From positions 12,290 through 76,289 of the forward strand of contig JAJYXU010000096.1 in the NCBI GenBank assembly GCA_021801605.1: DNA of 64,000 bases, written 5' to 3'. The translations under genes were made by a program, and so were the position numbers. Below are positions 19,148-28,371 of the stretch, in pieces. The number at the start of each line of letters is the position of its first letter. The stretch's first letter is position 1. Origin of the DNA: Bacteroidota bacterium. Lineage in GTDB: Bacteria > Bacteroidota > Ignavibacteria > Ignavibacteriales > Melioribacteraceae. The notes under the pieces were generated by a model. The model searched no databases. It was not told where the DNA came from and worked only from the letters and a program-made list of their open reading frames with translations.

Positions 19148-20143
19148 TTATAGTTTTTCATTACTAGAGACTATACTTTTTACAGGTTTGTTCGTTTTTT
19201 CTATTGTACCGCGGTTTTCGACAGCAAATTTTGTAAGATGACTGGTTTTACAAATCTGGAGTTTGTCTTTTATGTTTCTAAGATGAAAATAGACAGCTCC
19301 CGGAGTGACAAACAATTTTTGAGAAATTTCCTTACAGTCATATCCTTCCGATAGGAAGGAAAGCACTTTCATTTCCATGTTTGTTAATTCATGGAACGAT
19401 TCATTTGCGGACAACTGTACCAGATGCAATCTTTGTGCATTGGGGTTAATATTTTCATTATTGTGAACTATTTCTTTATCTAAAGAATCATATTCGTCAT
19501 AACTTATTTTATCCCGGACCAATTCCGAATTGTAATTGTTTATGGGTATTCCAATTTCAGAAATTTTTACAGTCATTATTCGAAGGAAGAAAGAAGGAAT
19601 TTTAATTTTCTTTCCCGCTCCTGCAATTGATATAATAACGAGCAGTAATATATTACTCGCAACAAAAAATGGATAAAGTAAAACCGATATATAGATATAT
19701 TCAAAATATAAGAAGATTTTAATAGCATCAAGGAGAGTGAGCAGCATTATTATAATTAAAAACAGACTACCTTTTTCATCCTGCTTTATTTCATCGTAAA
19801 AATACTCGATCAGTTGATAAATCATAAAAACAAAAACCAACTCAATACTGATCAATGATATAAAATGATTGTATTCATAATGAAGTAATGTTAGTGAAAG
19901 CGGAATGAACAGAAATACTTTTACTTTAAGATCCTTGTATGGGAAAGCAACAAAAAGCACCATCGTGGCGATAAGGAAATAAGTGTAAGTATCTATATTA
20001 ATAGTGTGGCGAATTAGGTAGAATATGGGAGCTATCAAAGCTGAGACTATAAAGTATCTTAAAAAATGGGTTTTGCGAAATGGATAAATTGGGAATATCT
20101 GGGCAATTAACACAATTAAGAATAGCACTCTGACTAAAGACAT
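19148..20143 (-). CDS. membrane-embedded LuxR-family transcriptional regulator (about 7 TM helices + C-terminal HTH)
   Basis: 331 aa. The N-terminal ~190 aa consist of about seven hydrophobic helices. The C-terminus, ELTNMEMKVLSFLSEGYDCKEISQKLFVTPGAVYFHLRNIKDKL, matches the LuxR/GerE HTH. Confidence 0.75.
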   Translation of the reverse strand: MSLVRVLFLIVLIAQIFPIYPFRKTHFLRYFIVSALIAPIFYLIRHTINIDTYTYFLIATMVLFVAFPYKDLKVKVFLFIPLSLTLLHYEYNHFISLISIELVFVFMIYQLIEYFYDEIKQDEKGSLFLIIIMLLTLLDAIKIFLYFEYIYISVLLYPFFVASNILLLVIISIAGAGKKIKIPSFFLRIMTVKISEIGIPINNYNSELVRDKISYDEYDSLDKEIVHNNENINPNAQRLHLVQLSANESFHELTNMEMKVLSFLSEGYDCKEISQKLFVTPGAVYFHLRNIKDKLQICKTSHLTKFAVENRGTIEKTNKPVKSIVSSNEKL

Positions 20144-20223
20144 TTTAGCACCTCTGTCTTAGTTATGACCTCTTTTATTTCAACATACTGAAGATATAAT
20201 ATAGAAAGAGTTTTTGGATCTAG

Positions 20224-20243
20224 CATTAGTAGTTGTACTAATG
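20224..20243. promoter_or_regulatory. perfect 20-bp palindrome (candidate operator) upstream of the 7TM-LuxR gene
   Basis: CATTAGTA-GTTG-TACTAATG, 8-4-8 perfect dyad, 81 nt upstream of start codon 20143. A 17/20-identical direct copy CCTTAGTAGTTGGACTAGTG lies at 20277-20296. Confidence 0.45.
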
Positions 20244-20807
20244 TTTATAACATTTTCGACCGTTTTTGGCGAAAAACCTTAGTAGTTGGACTAGTGTTGT
20301 TTAGATTGAAAGGACTTTAGAATTAAGGGAACAATGGGGGAGTTGGACTTCTGCTAAATTCTGTTATACATGAAACAGAACTAGCATTAAAAAATCGGTT
20401 ATGGTTTTTCTGATAAGACCACTAAGACCACGAAATTTAATTTCACTGCCAAAATCTATCTTGAAGTCATTTTCTCTAAAATTTGGATTTTTCAGCGATC
20501 TGCAAAAAATTAGATCCCTTTTTTAATTACAGTATCTTCGATTTAACTTTCCAGAGTTGGATGGAGAAAAACGATTTTTCTGACTATTATTATTCGAAAG
20601 GTATTTTTACTGAAATAAATTATATCTTAGATAAAAACTTTATGATAGAAGATAGTTTTACCAAACATAATGATACAAGCGCAGGAATTGTGAGGCATTA
20701 GGTCAGTTTTAGGTTTCAAATTAATTCATAATAACTTTTCTTGCTTTTTTATTTACTCCGTTCTATATTTGAAGCTCGATTTTTGATTTAGTGGGTGAAA
20801 TTTGTCT

Positions 20808-20891
20808 GGGCGGACGCCGGAGTTGGAGAGCCGGGGCGGACTGTAAATCCGTTGGCTAAAGCCTTTGGGGGTTCGAATCCCTCGCCGCCCA
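20808..20891 (+). tRNA. tRNA-Tyr (anticodon GTA), type II long variable arm
   Basis: Manual fold: anticodon arm GCGGA-CTGTAAA-TCCGT, long variable arm with stem GGC-TAAA-GCC, T arm GGGGG-TTCGAAT-CCCTC, acceptor GGGCGGA/GCCGCCC. Position 7:66 is an A.G mismatch and position 8 is C, which is slightly atypical. No encoded CCA. Confidence 0.8.
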
Positions 20892-21021
20892 CTAAAAACG
20901 AATTGATGAAGTAGAGTATCACCAAACATATTCACACTTCGCCGGTTCATTCTGGGAATAAAAAAAATAAAATTTAAGGTAGAAGAGATCTGTTGCTATT
21001 TTTTTGTCCTTTTTTGAAAAT

Positions 21022-21095
21022 GCGGGAGTAACTCAGTTGGCTAGAGTCACAGCCTTCCAAGCTGTTGGTCGCGGGTTCGAGTCCCGTCTCCCGCT
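21022..21095 (+). tRNA. tRNA-Gly (anticodon TCC)
   Basis: GCGGGAG-TA-ACTC-AGTTGGCTA-GAGT-C-ACAGC-CTTCCAA-GCTGT-TGGTC-GCGGG-TTCGAGT-CCCGT-CTCCCGC-T. Clean cloverleaf. Confidence 0.93.
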
Positions 21096-21101
21096 CTGAC
21101 T

Positions 21102-21174
<73 letters not shown>

Positions 21175-21223
21175 CAAAGTCGAAAATTTTATTGTAAAAG
21201 TTTTATTAGAGGAATTAAGTAAG

Positions 21224-21391
21224 ATGGCAAAATCTAAAAACGTAAGACAAATAATTATCTTAGAAAGCAGTGCGAATACCGGCTTCCGTTATTCAACAAA
21301 AAAGAATAAAAGAGAGCATCCAAATAGAGTTGAATATAAAAAATACGATCCTGTTGTTCGTAAGCACGTAGTATTTAAAGAAACTAAATAA
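21224..21391 (+). CDS. rpmG: 50S ribosomal protein L33
   Basis: 55-aa ORF not in the track (<60 aa): [58 protein letters not shown]-like GAGGAA upstream. Confidence 0.88.
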   Translation: MAKSKNVRQIIILESSANTGFRYSTKKNKREHPNRVEYKKYDPVVRKHVVFKETK

Positions 21392-21392
21392 T

Positions 21393-21465
21393 ACGTCAGT
21401 GGCTCAATTGGTAGAGCAGCGGTCTCCAAAACCGCAGGTTGGGGGTTCGAGTCCCTCCTGACGTG
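21393..21465 (+). tRNA. tRNA-Trp (anticodon CCA)
   Basis: ACGTCAG-TG-GCTC-AATTGGTA-GAGC-A-GCGGT-CTCCAAA-ACCGC-AGGTT-GGGGG-TTCGAGT-CCCTC-CTGACGT-G. Conserved position directly upstream of secE. Confidence 0.92.
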
Positions 21466-21491
21466 CGAGAATTAAAAACTGGTAAAATTTT

Positions 21492-21674
21492 ATGAAAGAA
21501 AAAATAATCAACTTCGTTAATGACGTAGTAAAGGAAATGAAAAAAGTTACATGGCCTACACGTGAGGAATTAAAAGAATCTACTTCAGTCGTGATTGTGG
21601 TATGCTTGGTTCTGTCTGCATTCACTTATATAGTAGACATGGCAGTTAATAAAATATTACAAGGAATTTTTTAG
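21492..21674 (+). CDS. secE: preprotein translocase subunit SecE
   Basis: 60 aa with the KEMKKVTWPTREEL motif followed by a single TM helix. Precedes nusG. Confidence 0.9.
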   Translation: MKEKIINFVNDVVKEMKKVTWPTREELKESTSVVIVVCLVLSAFTYIVDMAVNKILQGIF

Positions 21675-21676
21675 GA

Positions 21677-22222
21677 TTGGAAAACGAAAAAGCAAAATGG
21701 TACGTCGTTAGAACTTTCTCCGGACATGAGAACAAAGTAAAGACTTTGATTGATGCTGAATTAAAAGACAGTGAAGAATTACGCGCAAGAATTTTTGACG
21801 TGCTTGTTCCAACTGAAAAAGTTTTTGAAGTTAAAGACGGGAAAAAGAAAACCAAGAAGAAAAATTTTTTCCCCGGTTATATCCTAGTGTGTGCTGACTT
21901 AGATATTCAAGTTAAAGATTTTATTATTAATACTCCTTCTGTGATGGGTTTTCTTGGATCTGCAAATCATCCTGCTCCTCTGCTTCCAGAAGAAGTAAAA
22001 AGGATTGTAGGAAGACTTTCGCAAACAGAAGAAACAGAAAGAACGGAAACAATTTTTAGAACCGGCGACTTTGTAAAAATTACAGATGGGCCATTCAATA
22101 ATTTTTCAGGTTTCATTCAAGAAGTAAACGAAGAGAAAATGAAAATTAAAGTTATGGTTTCAATTTTTGGAAGAAAGACTCCGGTTGAAATTGATTTTGC
22201 ACAAGCTGAGTTTGAAAAATAA
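21677..22222 (+). CDS. nusG: transcription termination/antitermination factor NusG
   Basis: 181 aa with a TTG start. KWYVVRTFSGHENKV NGN domain and C-terminal KOW (GDFVKITDGPFNNFSGFI). Confidence 0.93.
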   Translation: MENEKAKWYVVRTFSGHENKVKTLIDAELKDSEELRARIFDVLVPTEKVFEVKDGKKKTKKKNFFPGYILVCADLDIQVKDFIINTPSVMGFLGSANHPAPLLPEEVKRIVGRLSQTEETERTETIFRTGDFVKITDGPFNNFSGFIQEVNEEKMKIKVMVSIFGRKTPVEIDFAQAEFEK

Positions 22223-22241
22223 AAATTAGATAGGTTAAACA

Positions 22242-22667
22242 ATGGCAAAGAAAATTGATGGTTTCATTAAATTACAAATTCCTGCCGGAGCTGCAAATCC
22301 TTCTCCACCTGTTGGTCCAGCTTTAGGTCAGAAAGGCGTTAACATTATGGAATTTTGTAAGCAGTTTAATGCAAGGACTTCTGCGCAGCAGGGATTAATT
22401 ATACCTGTTGTTATCACAGTTTATTCTGATAAATCTTTTACATTCATTACAAAAACCCCGCCTGCCGCAGTATTATTGAAAAAAGCTGCAAAGGTTGAAA
22501 AAGGTTCTGCTGAACCGAATAAAACTAAAGTTGCAAAAGTAACCAGTTCTCAAGTTCGAGAGATTGCAACATTGAAAATGCCCGACTTAAATGCTCACGA
22601 TGTTGACCATGCAATGAGTATGGTTGCAGGAACGGCACGAAGTATGGGTTTCACTGTTGAAGACTAA
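22242..22667 (+). CDS. rplK: 50S ribosomal protein L11
   Basis: 141 aa; [32 protein letters not shown]. Confidence 0.96.
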   Translation: MAKKIDGFIKLQIPAGAANPSPPVGPALGQKGVNIMEFCKQFNARTSAQQGLIIPVVITVYSDKSFTFITKTPPAAVLLKKAAKVEKGSAEPNKTKVAKVTSSQVREIATLKMPDLNAHDVDHAMSMVAGTARSMGFTVED

Positions 22668-22699
22668 TTTTATAAAAATAATTTTTCATCGGAATTAAA

Positions 22700-23407
22700 A
22701 TGAAAGTTTCCAAAAGAATTAAAGCAATCAATAAAAACATTGATAAAGAAAAAGAATACTCTGTTGAAGAAGCAATTAAACTTCTTAAAGATAATTCAAA
22801 AGTGAAATTCACAGAGACTCTTAACTGTGCAATTCGTCTTGGCGTAGATCCACGTCACGCCGATCAGATGGTAAGAGGAACTGTATCTCTTCCGCATGGA
22901 ACAGGAAAAAAAGTTTCTGTTCTTGTAATTGCTCGCGGTGCTCAAGCTGAAGAAGCTCTTAAAGCAGGTGCAGACTATGCAGGCTTTGAAGAATATCTAG
23001 AAAAAATAAAAAGCGGCTGGGCTGAGGTTGATGTTATTATTGCTACTCCAGATTCAATGGGTGAGCTTGGTAAACTTGGTCGTGTTCTTGGTCCAAAAGG
23101 TTTAATGCCTAATCCTAAGAGCGGTACTGTTACTCAAGATGTTGCAAAAGCGGTGAATGAAGTTAAAGCCGGAAAGATTGAATTCAGAGTTGAGAAAGCG
23201 GGAATTGTTCATACCGCTTTAGGTAAGCTAGATTTTTCTGTTGAACAATTATCTGAAAATACACGTGCTTTTCTTAAAACAATTGTTAAAATGAAACCAT
23301 CATCTGCAAAAGGCCATTATGTTAAAAGTCTTTTCCTCTCTTCTACTATGGGTCCTGGTTTAAGAATTACAAAAGAAGAAACAGCAGTTTCCACTAAACA
23401 CGAATAA
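22700..23407 (+). CDS. rplA: 50S ribosomal protein L1
   Basis: 235 aa; FTETLNCAIRLGVDPRHADQMVRGTVSLPHGTGK. Confidence 0.96.
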   Translation: MKVSKRIKAINKNIDKEKEYSVEEAIKLLKDNSKVKFTETLNCAIRLGVDPRHADQMVRGTVSLPHGTGKKVSVLVIARGAQAEEALKAGADYAGFEEYLEKIKSGWAEVDVIIATPDSMGELGKLGRVLGPKGLMPNPKSGTVTQDVAKAVNEVKAGKIEFRVEKAGIVHTALGKLDFSVEQLSENTRAFLKTIVKMKPSSAKGHYVKSLFLSSTMGPGLRITKEETAVSTKHE

Positions 23408-23492
23408 AAATTTTACGCACTCGCCCGGCTTTAGCCAGGTAAATAATGCTTCTACATTAATTAGTGTGTTGTTATAACTGAATGGGAGTACG

Positions 23493-24014
23493 ATGAAAAA
23501 AGAAGAAAAAGGAGAGATGATTGAGCAGATAAAAGAGCTTATCAAGAAATCTCCCTCCATGTTTCTTGTTGATTACCGCGGCGTAAACGTTGCAGATATT
23601 AATAAGATACGTTCTGACTTCAGAAAGGAAGGAGTTACTTATAAGGTCTTTAAAAATACTCTCTTCAAAAAAGCTCTTGAGCAATCGGGTGGATTCGAAA
23701 AATTTAATCCGCAACTTATAGGAATGATTGGTATTGCTTTTACCGGAGAAAATTTTGTTTCGGCTGCAAAGGTCATCAAAAAATACTTCGATGAAAAACA
23801 AAAACTTTCCTTTAAGGGCTGTTACATCGATTCTGCCTATTACGGAGCAGATCAATTAAATACAATTGCATCCATGCCTACAAAAGATGAAATCATGGCT
23901 GGTATTGTTGGAAGTATTGCAGCACCTGCAAGTGGAATTGTTGGCGCTATCAATGCAGTTATCAGAGATCTTGTTAGTGTTATCGATGAGGTTGGTAAAA
24001 AGAAAGCTGCATAA
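23493..24014 (+). CDS. rplJ: 50S ribosomal protein L10
   Basis: 173 aa. Canonical position between rplA and rplL; DYRGVNVADINKIR motif. Confidence 0.93.
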   Translation: MKKEEKGEMIEQIKELIKKSPSMFLVDYRGVNVADINKIRSDFRKEGVTYKVFKNTLFKKALEQSGGFEKFNPQLIGMIGIAFTGENFVSAAKVIKKYFDEKQKLSFKGCYIDSAYYGADQLNTIASMPTKDEIMAGIVGSIAAPASGIVGAINAVIRDLVSVIDEVGKKKAA

Positions 24015-24061
24015 ATAAAATTTGAATTGAACAATTAATTATTAGTTATAGGAGAAATAAA

Positions 24062-24436
24062 ATGTCAGAGAAAATTGCAGAGATAGTAGAGAAGATTAAA
24101 GCTCTCACGCTCGTTGAAGCATCAGAATTAAAGAAAGCATTAGAAGAAGAATTTGGAGTAACAGCGGCAGCACCAATGATGATGGCTGGCGCGGCTGCAC
24201 CTGCTGCTGCTGCAGTTGAAGAAAAAACAGAATTCGATGTTGTCCTTGAAGCTGCAGGCGCAACAAAAATTAACGTTATTAAAGTTGTTCGTGCACATAC
24301 CGGTCTTGGTTTGAAAGAAGCAAAAGACTTAGTTGACGGCGCTCCTAAGACAGTTAAAGAAGCAATCTCTAAAGACGAAGCAGAAAAAATTAAAAAAGAA
24401 TTAGAAGAAGCTGGCGCAACTGTTAAAGTAAAATAA
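24062..24436 (+). CDS. rplL: 50S ribosomal protein L7/L12
   Basis: 124 aa. Ala-rich hinge followed by [29 protein letters not shown]. Confidence 0.96.
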   Translation: MSEKIAEIVEKIKALTLVEASELKKALEEEFGVTAAAPMMMAGAAAPAAAAVEEKTEFDVVLEAAGATKINVIKVVRAHTGLGLKEAKDLVDGAPKTVKEAISKDEAEKIKKELEEAGATVKVK

Positions 24437-24471
24437 GCTGGTTCAATTCCCTTCATTCTATATATAATTGA

Positions 24472-24517
24472 AGTGGTAAGATGGTAAAATCCGTCTTACC
24501 ACTTTCTTGCATTTTTT
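24472..24517 (+). terminator. rplL-rpoB intergenic hairpin + T-tract (attenuator/terminator)
   Basis: AGTGGTAAGATGG-taaaat-CCGTCTTACCACT followed by TTCTTGCATTTTTT. This is the same position as the well-known rplL-rpoB attenuator of other bacteria. Confidence 0.7.
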
Positions 24518-24559
24518 GATGTAAGAAAAAACTGACAAAAACCACATTGGAGGTTAGGG

Positions 24560-27500
24560 TTGGAAAAACAAAAAATTAACAAAAGCACAGGTAGAATTAC
24601 CTTTGCTTCTATTTCTCAATCGGTAAAAGTTCCGGATCTTTTGAACATTCAATTGGATTCTTTTGAAGAATTTATTCAGTTGAAAGTTACACCGTCGCAG
24701 AGAGAGAATAAAGGCTTACACGCGGTATTCAATACCAACTTCCCAATCCTTGATAACAAAGAATTTTACAGATTAGATTTTATTGAATACTATATTGAAA
24801 AACCAAGATTCTCTATGGCTGAATGCGAAGAGAGAGGACTTACTTATTCCGCTCCGCTGAAAGCAAAACTTCGTCTTTCTACAAAAGATGATGAGACAGG
24901 CGAATACGTAAACTCTGTTGAACAGGAAGTATATCTTGGCAATCTTCCTTTTATGACTGGACGCGGTACATTTATAATTAACGGAGCCGAAAGAGTAATC
25001 GTAAGTCAGTTGCACCGTTCGCCTGGTGTTGCATTTGCACAAACATTGCATCCAAATGGAACGCCAATTTATTCTGCCCGAATTATTCCTTTCAGAGGTT
25101 CATGGGTAGAATTTGCAACCGACATTAATAACATTCTCTATGTTTACATAGATAGAAGAAAGAAATTTCCGTCAACAACTTTGTTGAGAGCTCTCGGTTA
25201 CGAAACCGATGAACAGATTTTAAATTTATTTGATTTGATTGAAGAGATCACAGCGAAACAACTGAACGTTGATAAACACACCGGAAGAGTTGCCGCAAGC
25301 GACATTATTGATACTGCAACCGGTGAAATTTATGCAACTAAAGATACCGAACTTACAGAAGAAATCATTCTTAACATTAAAAAATCTGCTTTAACAAAAG
25401 TTCAGCTTCTCAGTATCGATACTTCTTTCGAGCAAGATCTTATAGTTAATACTTTGAAGAAAGATACATCAACAAATAAAGAAGAAGCTCTCTATGCAAT
25501 TTACCGTCAACTGCGTTCCGGCGAAGCACCGGATGTAGATACAGCAGTTAGCTTGATTGATAAATTGTTCTTCAATGAAAAACGCTATGATCTTGGTGAT
25601 GTCGGTCGTTTTAGAATGAACGATCGTTTGAATCTGAATGTGCCTGATAACATAAAAGTTCTTACAGTTGAAGACATAGTTGCAATTATAAAAAATATCG
25701 TCAAGCTAAAAAACGGAAATGTTGCCGTTGATGATATTGACCATCTTGGTAACAGAAGAGTTCGTACGGTTGGCGAGCAATTGCAGCAACAATATAATGT
25801 TGGTTTGGCTAGAATGTCGCGTACAATAAAAGAAAGAATGAATATGCGCGATAACGAAAACATGCAGCCCCAAGATTTAGTTAATGCAAGAACCATTAGC
25901 AGTGTAATCAATGCATTTTTCGGAACCAACCAGCTTTCTCAATTTATGGATCAGACAAATCCGCTTTCAGAACTTACGCACAAGAGAAGAATTTCTGCGT
26001 TGGGACCGGGCGGTTTAACACGCGAACGCGCAGGATTTGAAGTTCGCGATGTGCATCATTCACATTATGGTCGGTTATGTCCAATCGAAACACCGGAAGG
26101 TCCAAACATTGGTCTAATCTCTTCGCTTACAATTTATGCACGTGTTAATCACTACGGATTTTTAGAAACACCATATAGAAAAGTTAAAGATGGAAGAGTT
26201 ACAAACAGCATAGATTTCTTAAGTGCCGATCAAGAAGATGAATTTATTATTGCACAAGCAAACGCTCCTATAGATGAACAAGGAAAATTTTTAACTGAAA
26301 GAATTAAAAGCCGTGAGCGCGGAGAGTTTCCGATTGTACCGGCAAGTGCACTTCATTATATGGATGTTGCACCAGCACAAATTGTATCTGCAGCCGCTGC
26401 GTTAATCCCATTTCTGGAACATGATGATGCTAACAGAGCTTTGATGGGTTCAAACATGCAGCGTCAAGCAGTACCTCTTTTAGTTCCGCAAAATCCTATT
26501 GTTGGAACCGGCATGGAAGCTAAAATTGCGCGCGATTCCCGCTCTGTAATTATTGCTGAAGATAACGGAATTGTGGAATACGCAGATTCTAAAAAAATAA
26601 TTGTTAAGTATGATGTTGATGAAAACGCTCCGGAAACTTTAGTCAGCTTCGACGACGAAAGAAGAGTTGAACATATTCTCACAAAATTCTCCGGAACAAA
26701 TCAAGAAACATGTTTCAATCAAAAACCGATTGTTGTTACAGGACAGAAACTTAAGAAAGGCGATATTCTTGCCGATGGTCCTGGAATTGAAAAAGGCGAA
26801 CTTGCACTTGGACGTAACGTTTCGGTCGCATTCATGCCGTGGCGCGGTTACAATTTTGAGGATGCAATTGTTCTTAGTGAACGTCTTGTTGCCGATGATG
26901 TGTTTACTTCAATCCATATAGAAGAATTTGAATTGCAAGTTCGTGAAACAAAACGCGGTGAAGAAGAACTTACACGCGATATTCCCAATGTTAGCGAAGA
27001 AGCAACTAAAGATCTTGATGAACATGGAATTGTTCGTGAAGGCGCTGAAGTTAAAGAAGGCGATATTCTAATTGGAAAGATTACACCTAAAGGCGAGACC
27101 GATCCTACTCCGGAAGAAAAATTATTGAAAGCAATCTTTGGAGACAAAGCCGGCGATGTAAAAGATGCATCACTTAAAGCGCCTCCTGGTTTGAAAGGAA
27201 TTGTAATTAGGACGAGATTGTTCAGCCGTAAAAAGAAAGATGTTGAATCAAAAAAACTAGAAAAGAAATTGCTGGATAATCTTGAAGTAGAATACAAGAA
27301 ACGGAAAGAGAATCATTACAATAAACTTATTACTAAATTAACACAAATTACCGAAGGTAAAACAACATCTGGAATTCGTGATTTAGATGGAAGCGTTGTC
27401 TTAAGAAGCGGTGCAACTATTAAAGAAGATACCTTTTCTAATCTTGAAGATGTTACAAAGTTAGATTACACAAAGGAGTGGTTTGAAAGAAAAGCTCCAA

Positions 27501-28339
27501 ACGAACTTATCAAACAACTTTTTACAAATTATTTTCCTCTTCTTGCAGAAATAGAAGAAGATTATAAACGAGATAAATTAAAAATTCAGAGTGGAGATGA
27601 ATTACCGCCGGGAATCACTCAGCTTGCCAAAGTTTATGTTGCCAAGAAAAGAAAAGTTTCTGTCGGTGATAAAATGGCAGGTCGTCATGGTAACAAAGGT
27701 GTTGTTGCAAAAGTTGTTCCTGTTGAAGACATGCCGCTTCATGAAGATGGAACCCCGGTTGATATTGTCCTTAATCCGCTTGGTGTGCCATCACGTATGA
27801 ATTTAGGTCAGTTATACGAAACAGCTCTTGGATGGGTTGGAAAAAAACTCGGCGTTAAATTCGAAACACCAATTTTTGACAGTGCGCAAGTATCCGAAGT
27901 TGAGGGCTGGTTAAAGCAAGCCGGACTTGATGAGGGAAGTAAAACTTGGCTATACGATGGAAGAAGCGGTGAAAGATTCCATCAGAAAGTTACTTGTGGC
28001 TACATCTATATGATGAAACTGGGTCACATGGTTGACGATAAGATTCATGCCCGTTCAATTGGACCATACTCGCTTATTACACAGCAACCTCTCGGCGGTA
28101 AAGCTCAGTTTGGCGGACAGAGATTTGGAGAAATGGAAGTTTGGGCTTTGGAAGGTTATGGCGCTGCACATATTCTTCAAGAAGTATTAACTGTGAAGAG
28201 TGATGATGTTCAAGGCAGAGCTAAGACCTATGAAGCAATTGTAAAAGGCGAGAATATACCTACACCAAATATTCCCGAAGCTTTTAATGTTCTTATTAAA
28301 GAGCTTCAAGGTCTCGCTCTCGATATTAAAATTAAATAA
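24560..28339 (+). CDS. rpoB: DNA-directed RNA polymerase subunit beta
   Basis: 1259 aa with a TTG start preceded by GGAGG. Conserved blocks NQLSQFMDQTNPLSELTHKRR, GRHGNKGVV, GGQRFGEMEVWALE. Confidence 0.97.
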   Translation: MEKQKINKSTGRITFASISQSVKVPDLLNIQLDSFEEFIQLKVTPSQRENKGLHAVFNTNFPILDNKEFYRLDFIEYYIEKPRFSMAECEERGLTYSAPLKAKLRLSTKDDETGEYVNSVEQEVYLGNLPFMTGRGTFIINGAERVIVSQLHRSPGVAFAQTLHPNGTPIYSARIIPFRGSWVEFATDINNILYVYIDRRKKFPSTTLLRALGYETDEQILNLFDLIEEITAKQLNVDKHTGRVAASDIIDTATGEIYATKDTELTEEIILNIKKSALTKVQLLSIDTSFEQDLIVNTLKKDTSTNKEEALYAIYRQLRSGEAPDVDTAVSLIDKLFFNEKRYDLGDVGRFRMNDRLNLNVPDNIKVLTVEDIVAIIKNIVKLKNGNVAVDDIDHLGNRRVRTVGEQLQQQYNVGLARMSRTIKERMNMRDNENMQPQDLVNARTISSVINAFFGTNQLSQFMDQTNPLSELTHKRRISALGPGGLTRERAGFEVRDVHHSHYGRLCPIETPEGPNIGLISSLTIYARVNHYGFLETPYRKVKDGRVTNSIDFLSADQEDEFIIAQANAPIDEQGKFLTERIKSRERGEFPIVPASALHYMDVAPAQIVSAAAALIPFLEHDDANRALMGSNMQRQAVPLLVPQNPIVGTGMEAKIARDSRSVIIAEDNGIVEYADSKKIIVKYDVDENAPETLVSFDDERRVEHILTKFSGTNQETCFNQKPIVVTGQKLKKGDILADGPGIEKGELALGRNVSVAFMPWRGYNFEDAIVLSERLVADDVFTSIHIEEFELQVRETKRGEEELTRDIPNVSEEATKDLDEHGIVREGAEVKEGDILIGKITPKGETDPTPEEKLLKAIFGDKAGDVKDASLKAPPGLKGIVIRTRLFSRKKKDVESKKLEKKLLDNLEVEYKKRKENHYNKLITKLTQITEGKTTSGIRDLDGSVVLRSGATIKEDTFSNLEDVTKLDYTKEWFERKAPNELIKQLFTNYFPLLAEIEEDYKRDKLKIQSGDELPPGITQLAKVYVAKKRKVSVGDKMAGRHGNKGVVAKVVPVEDMPLHEDGTPVDIVLNPLGVPSRMNLGQLYETALGWVGKKLGVKFETPIFDSAQVSEVEGWLKQAGLDEGSKTWLYDGRSGERFHQKVTCGYIYMMKLGHMVDDKIHARSIGPYSLITQQPLGGKAQFGGQRFGEMEVWALEGYGAAHILQEVLTVKSDDVQGRAKTYEAIVKGENIPTPNIPEAFNVLIKELQGLALDIKIK

Positions 28340-28371
28340 TCAACCAAGAGTTTGGCTAAAGGAGTATAACA

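Noticed and set aside
20483-20701. 72-aa ORF between the LuxR gene and tRNA-Tyr
   Set aside because: It has a TTG start without an RBS and an unremarkable composition. The region is more plausibly promoter or spacer DNA.
20790-20893. AGTGGG (20790-20795) upstream of tRNA-Tyr is complementary to CCCACT at the tRNA 3' end, and resembles a vestigial copy of the acceptor 5' strand
   Set aside because: Only 6-7 nt are involved. This is compatible with chance or a simple leader-trailer processing stem, and is not enough to propose an intron, a permuted tRNA or an integration-site scar.
20753-20950. 65-aa minus-strand ORF
   Set aside because: It overlaps the tRNA-Tyr gene. The open frame is a by-product of the GC-rich tRNA sequence.
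21404-21625. 73-aa minus-strand ORF
   Set aside because: It overlaps tRNA-Trp and the secE coding region on the opposite strand.
23408-23492. 85-nt rplA-rplJ spacer as a possible L10 leader
   Set aside because: I could find only a weak imperfect hairpin (CCCGGC-TTTA-GCCAGG). I cannot verify similarity to known L10 leaders by eye.
24046-24456. 136-aa Ala/Ser-rich ORF antisense to rplL
   Set aside because: It spans exactly the L7/L12 gene. Ala-rich GCN codons commonly generate open antisense frames. No RBS or independent support.
26848-27297. 149-aa ORF antisense to rpoB, plus similar antisense ORFs in rpoB and rpoC
   Set aside because: Embedded in conserved RNA polymerase genes. Ser-rich, low-complexity translation.
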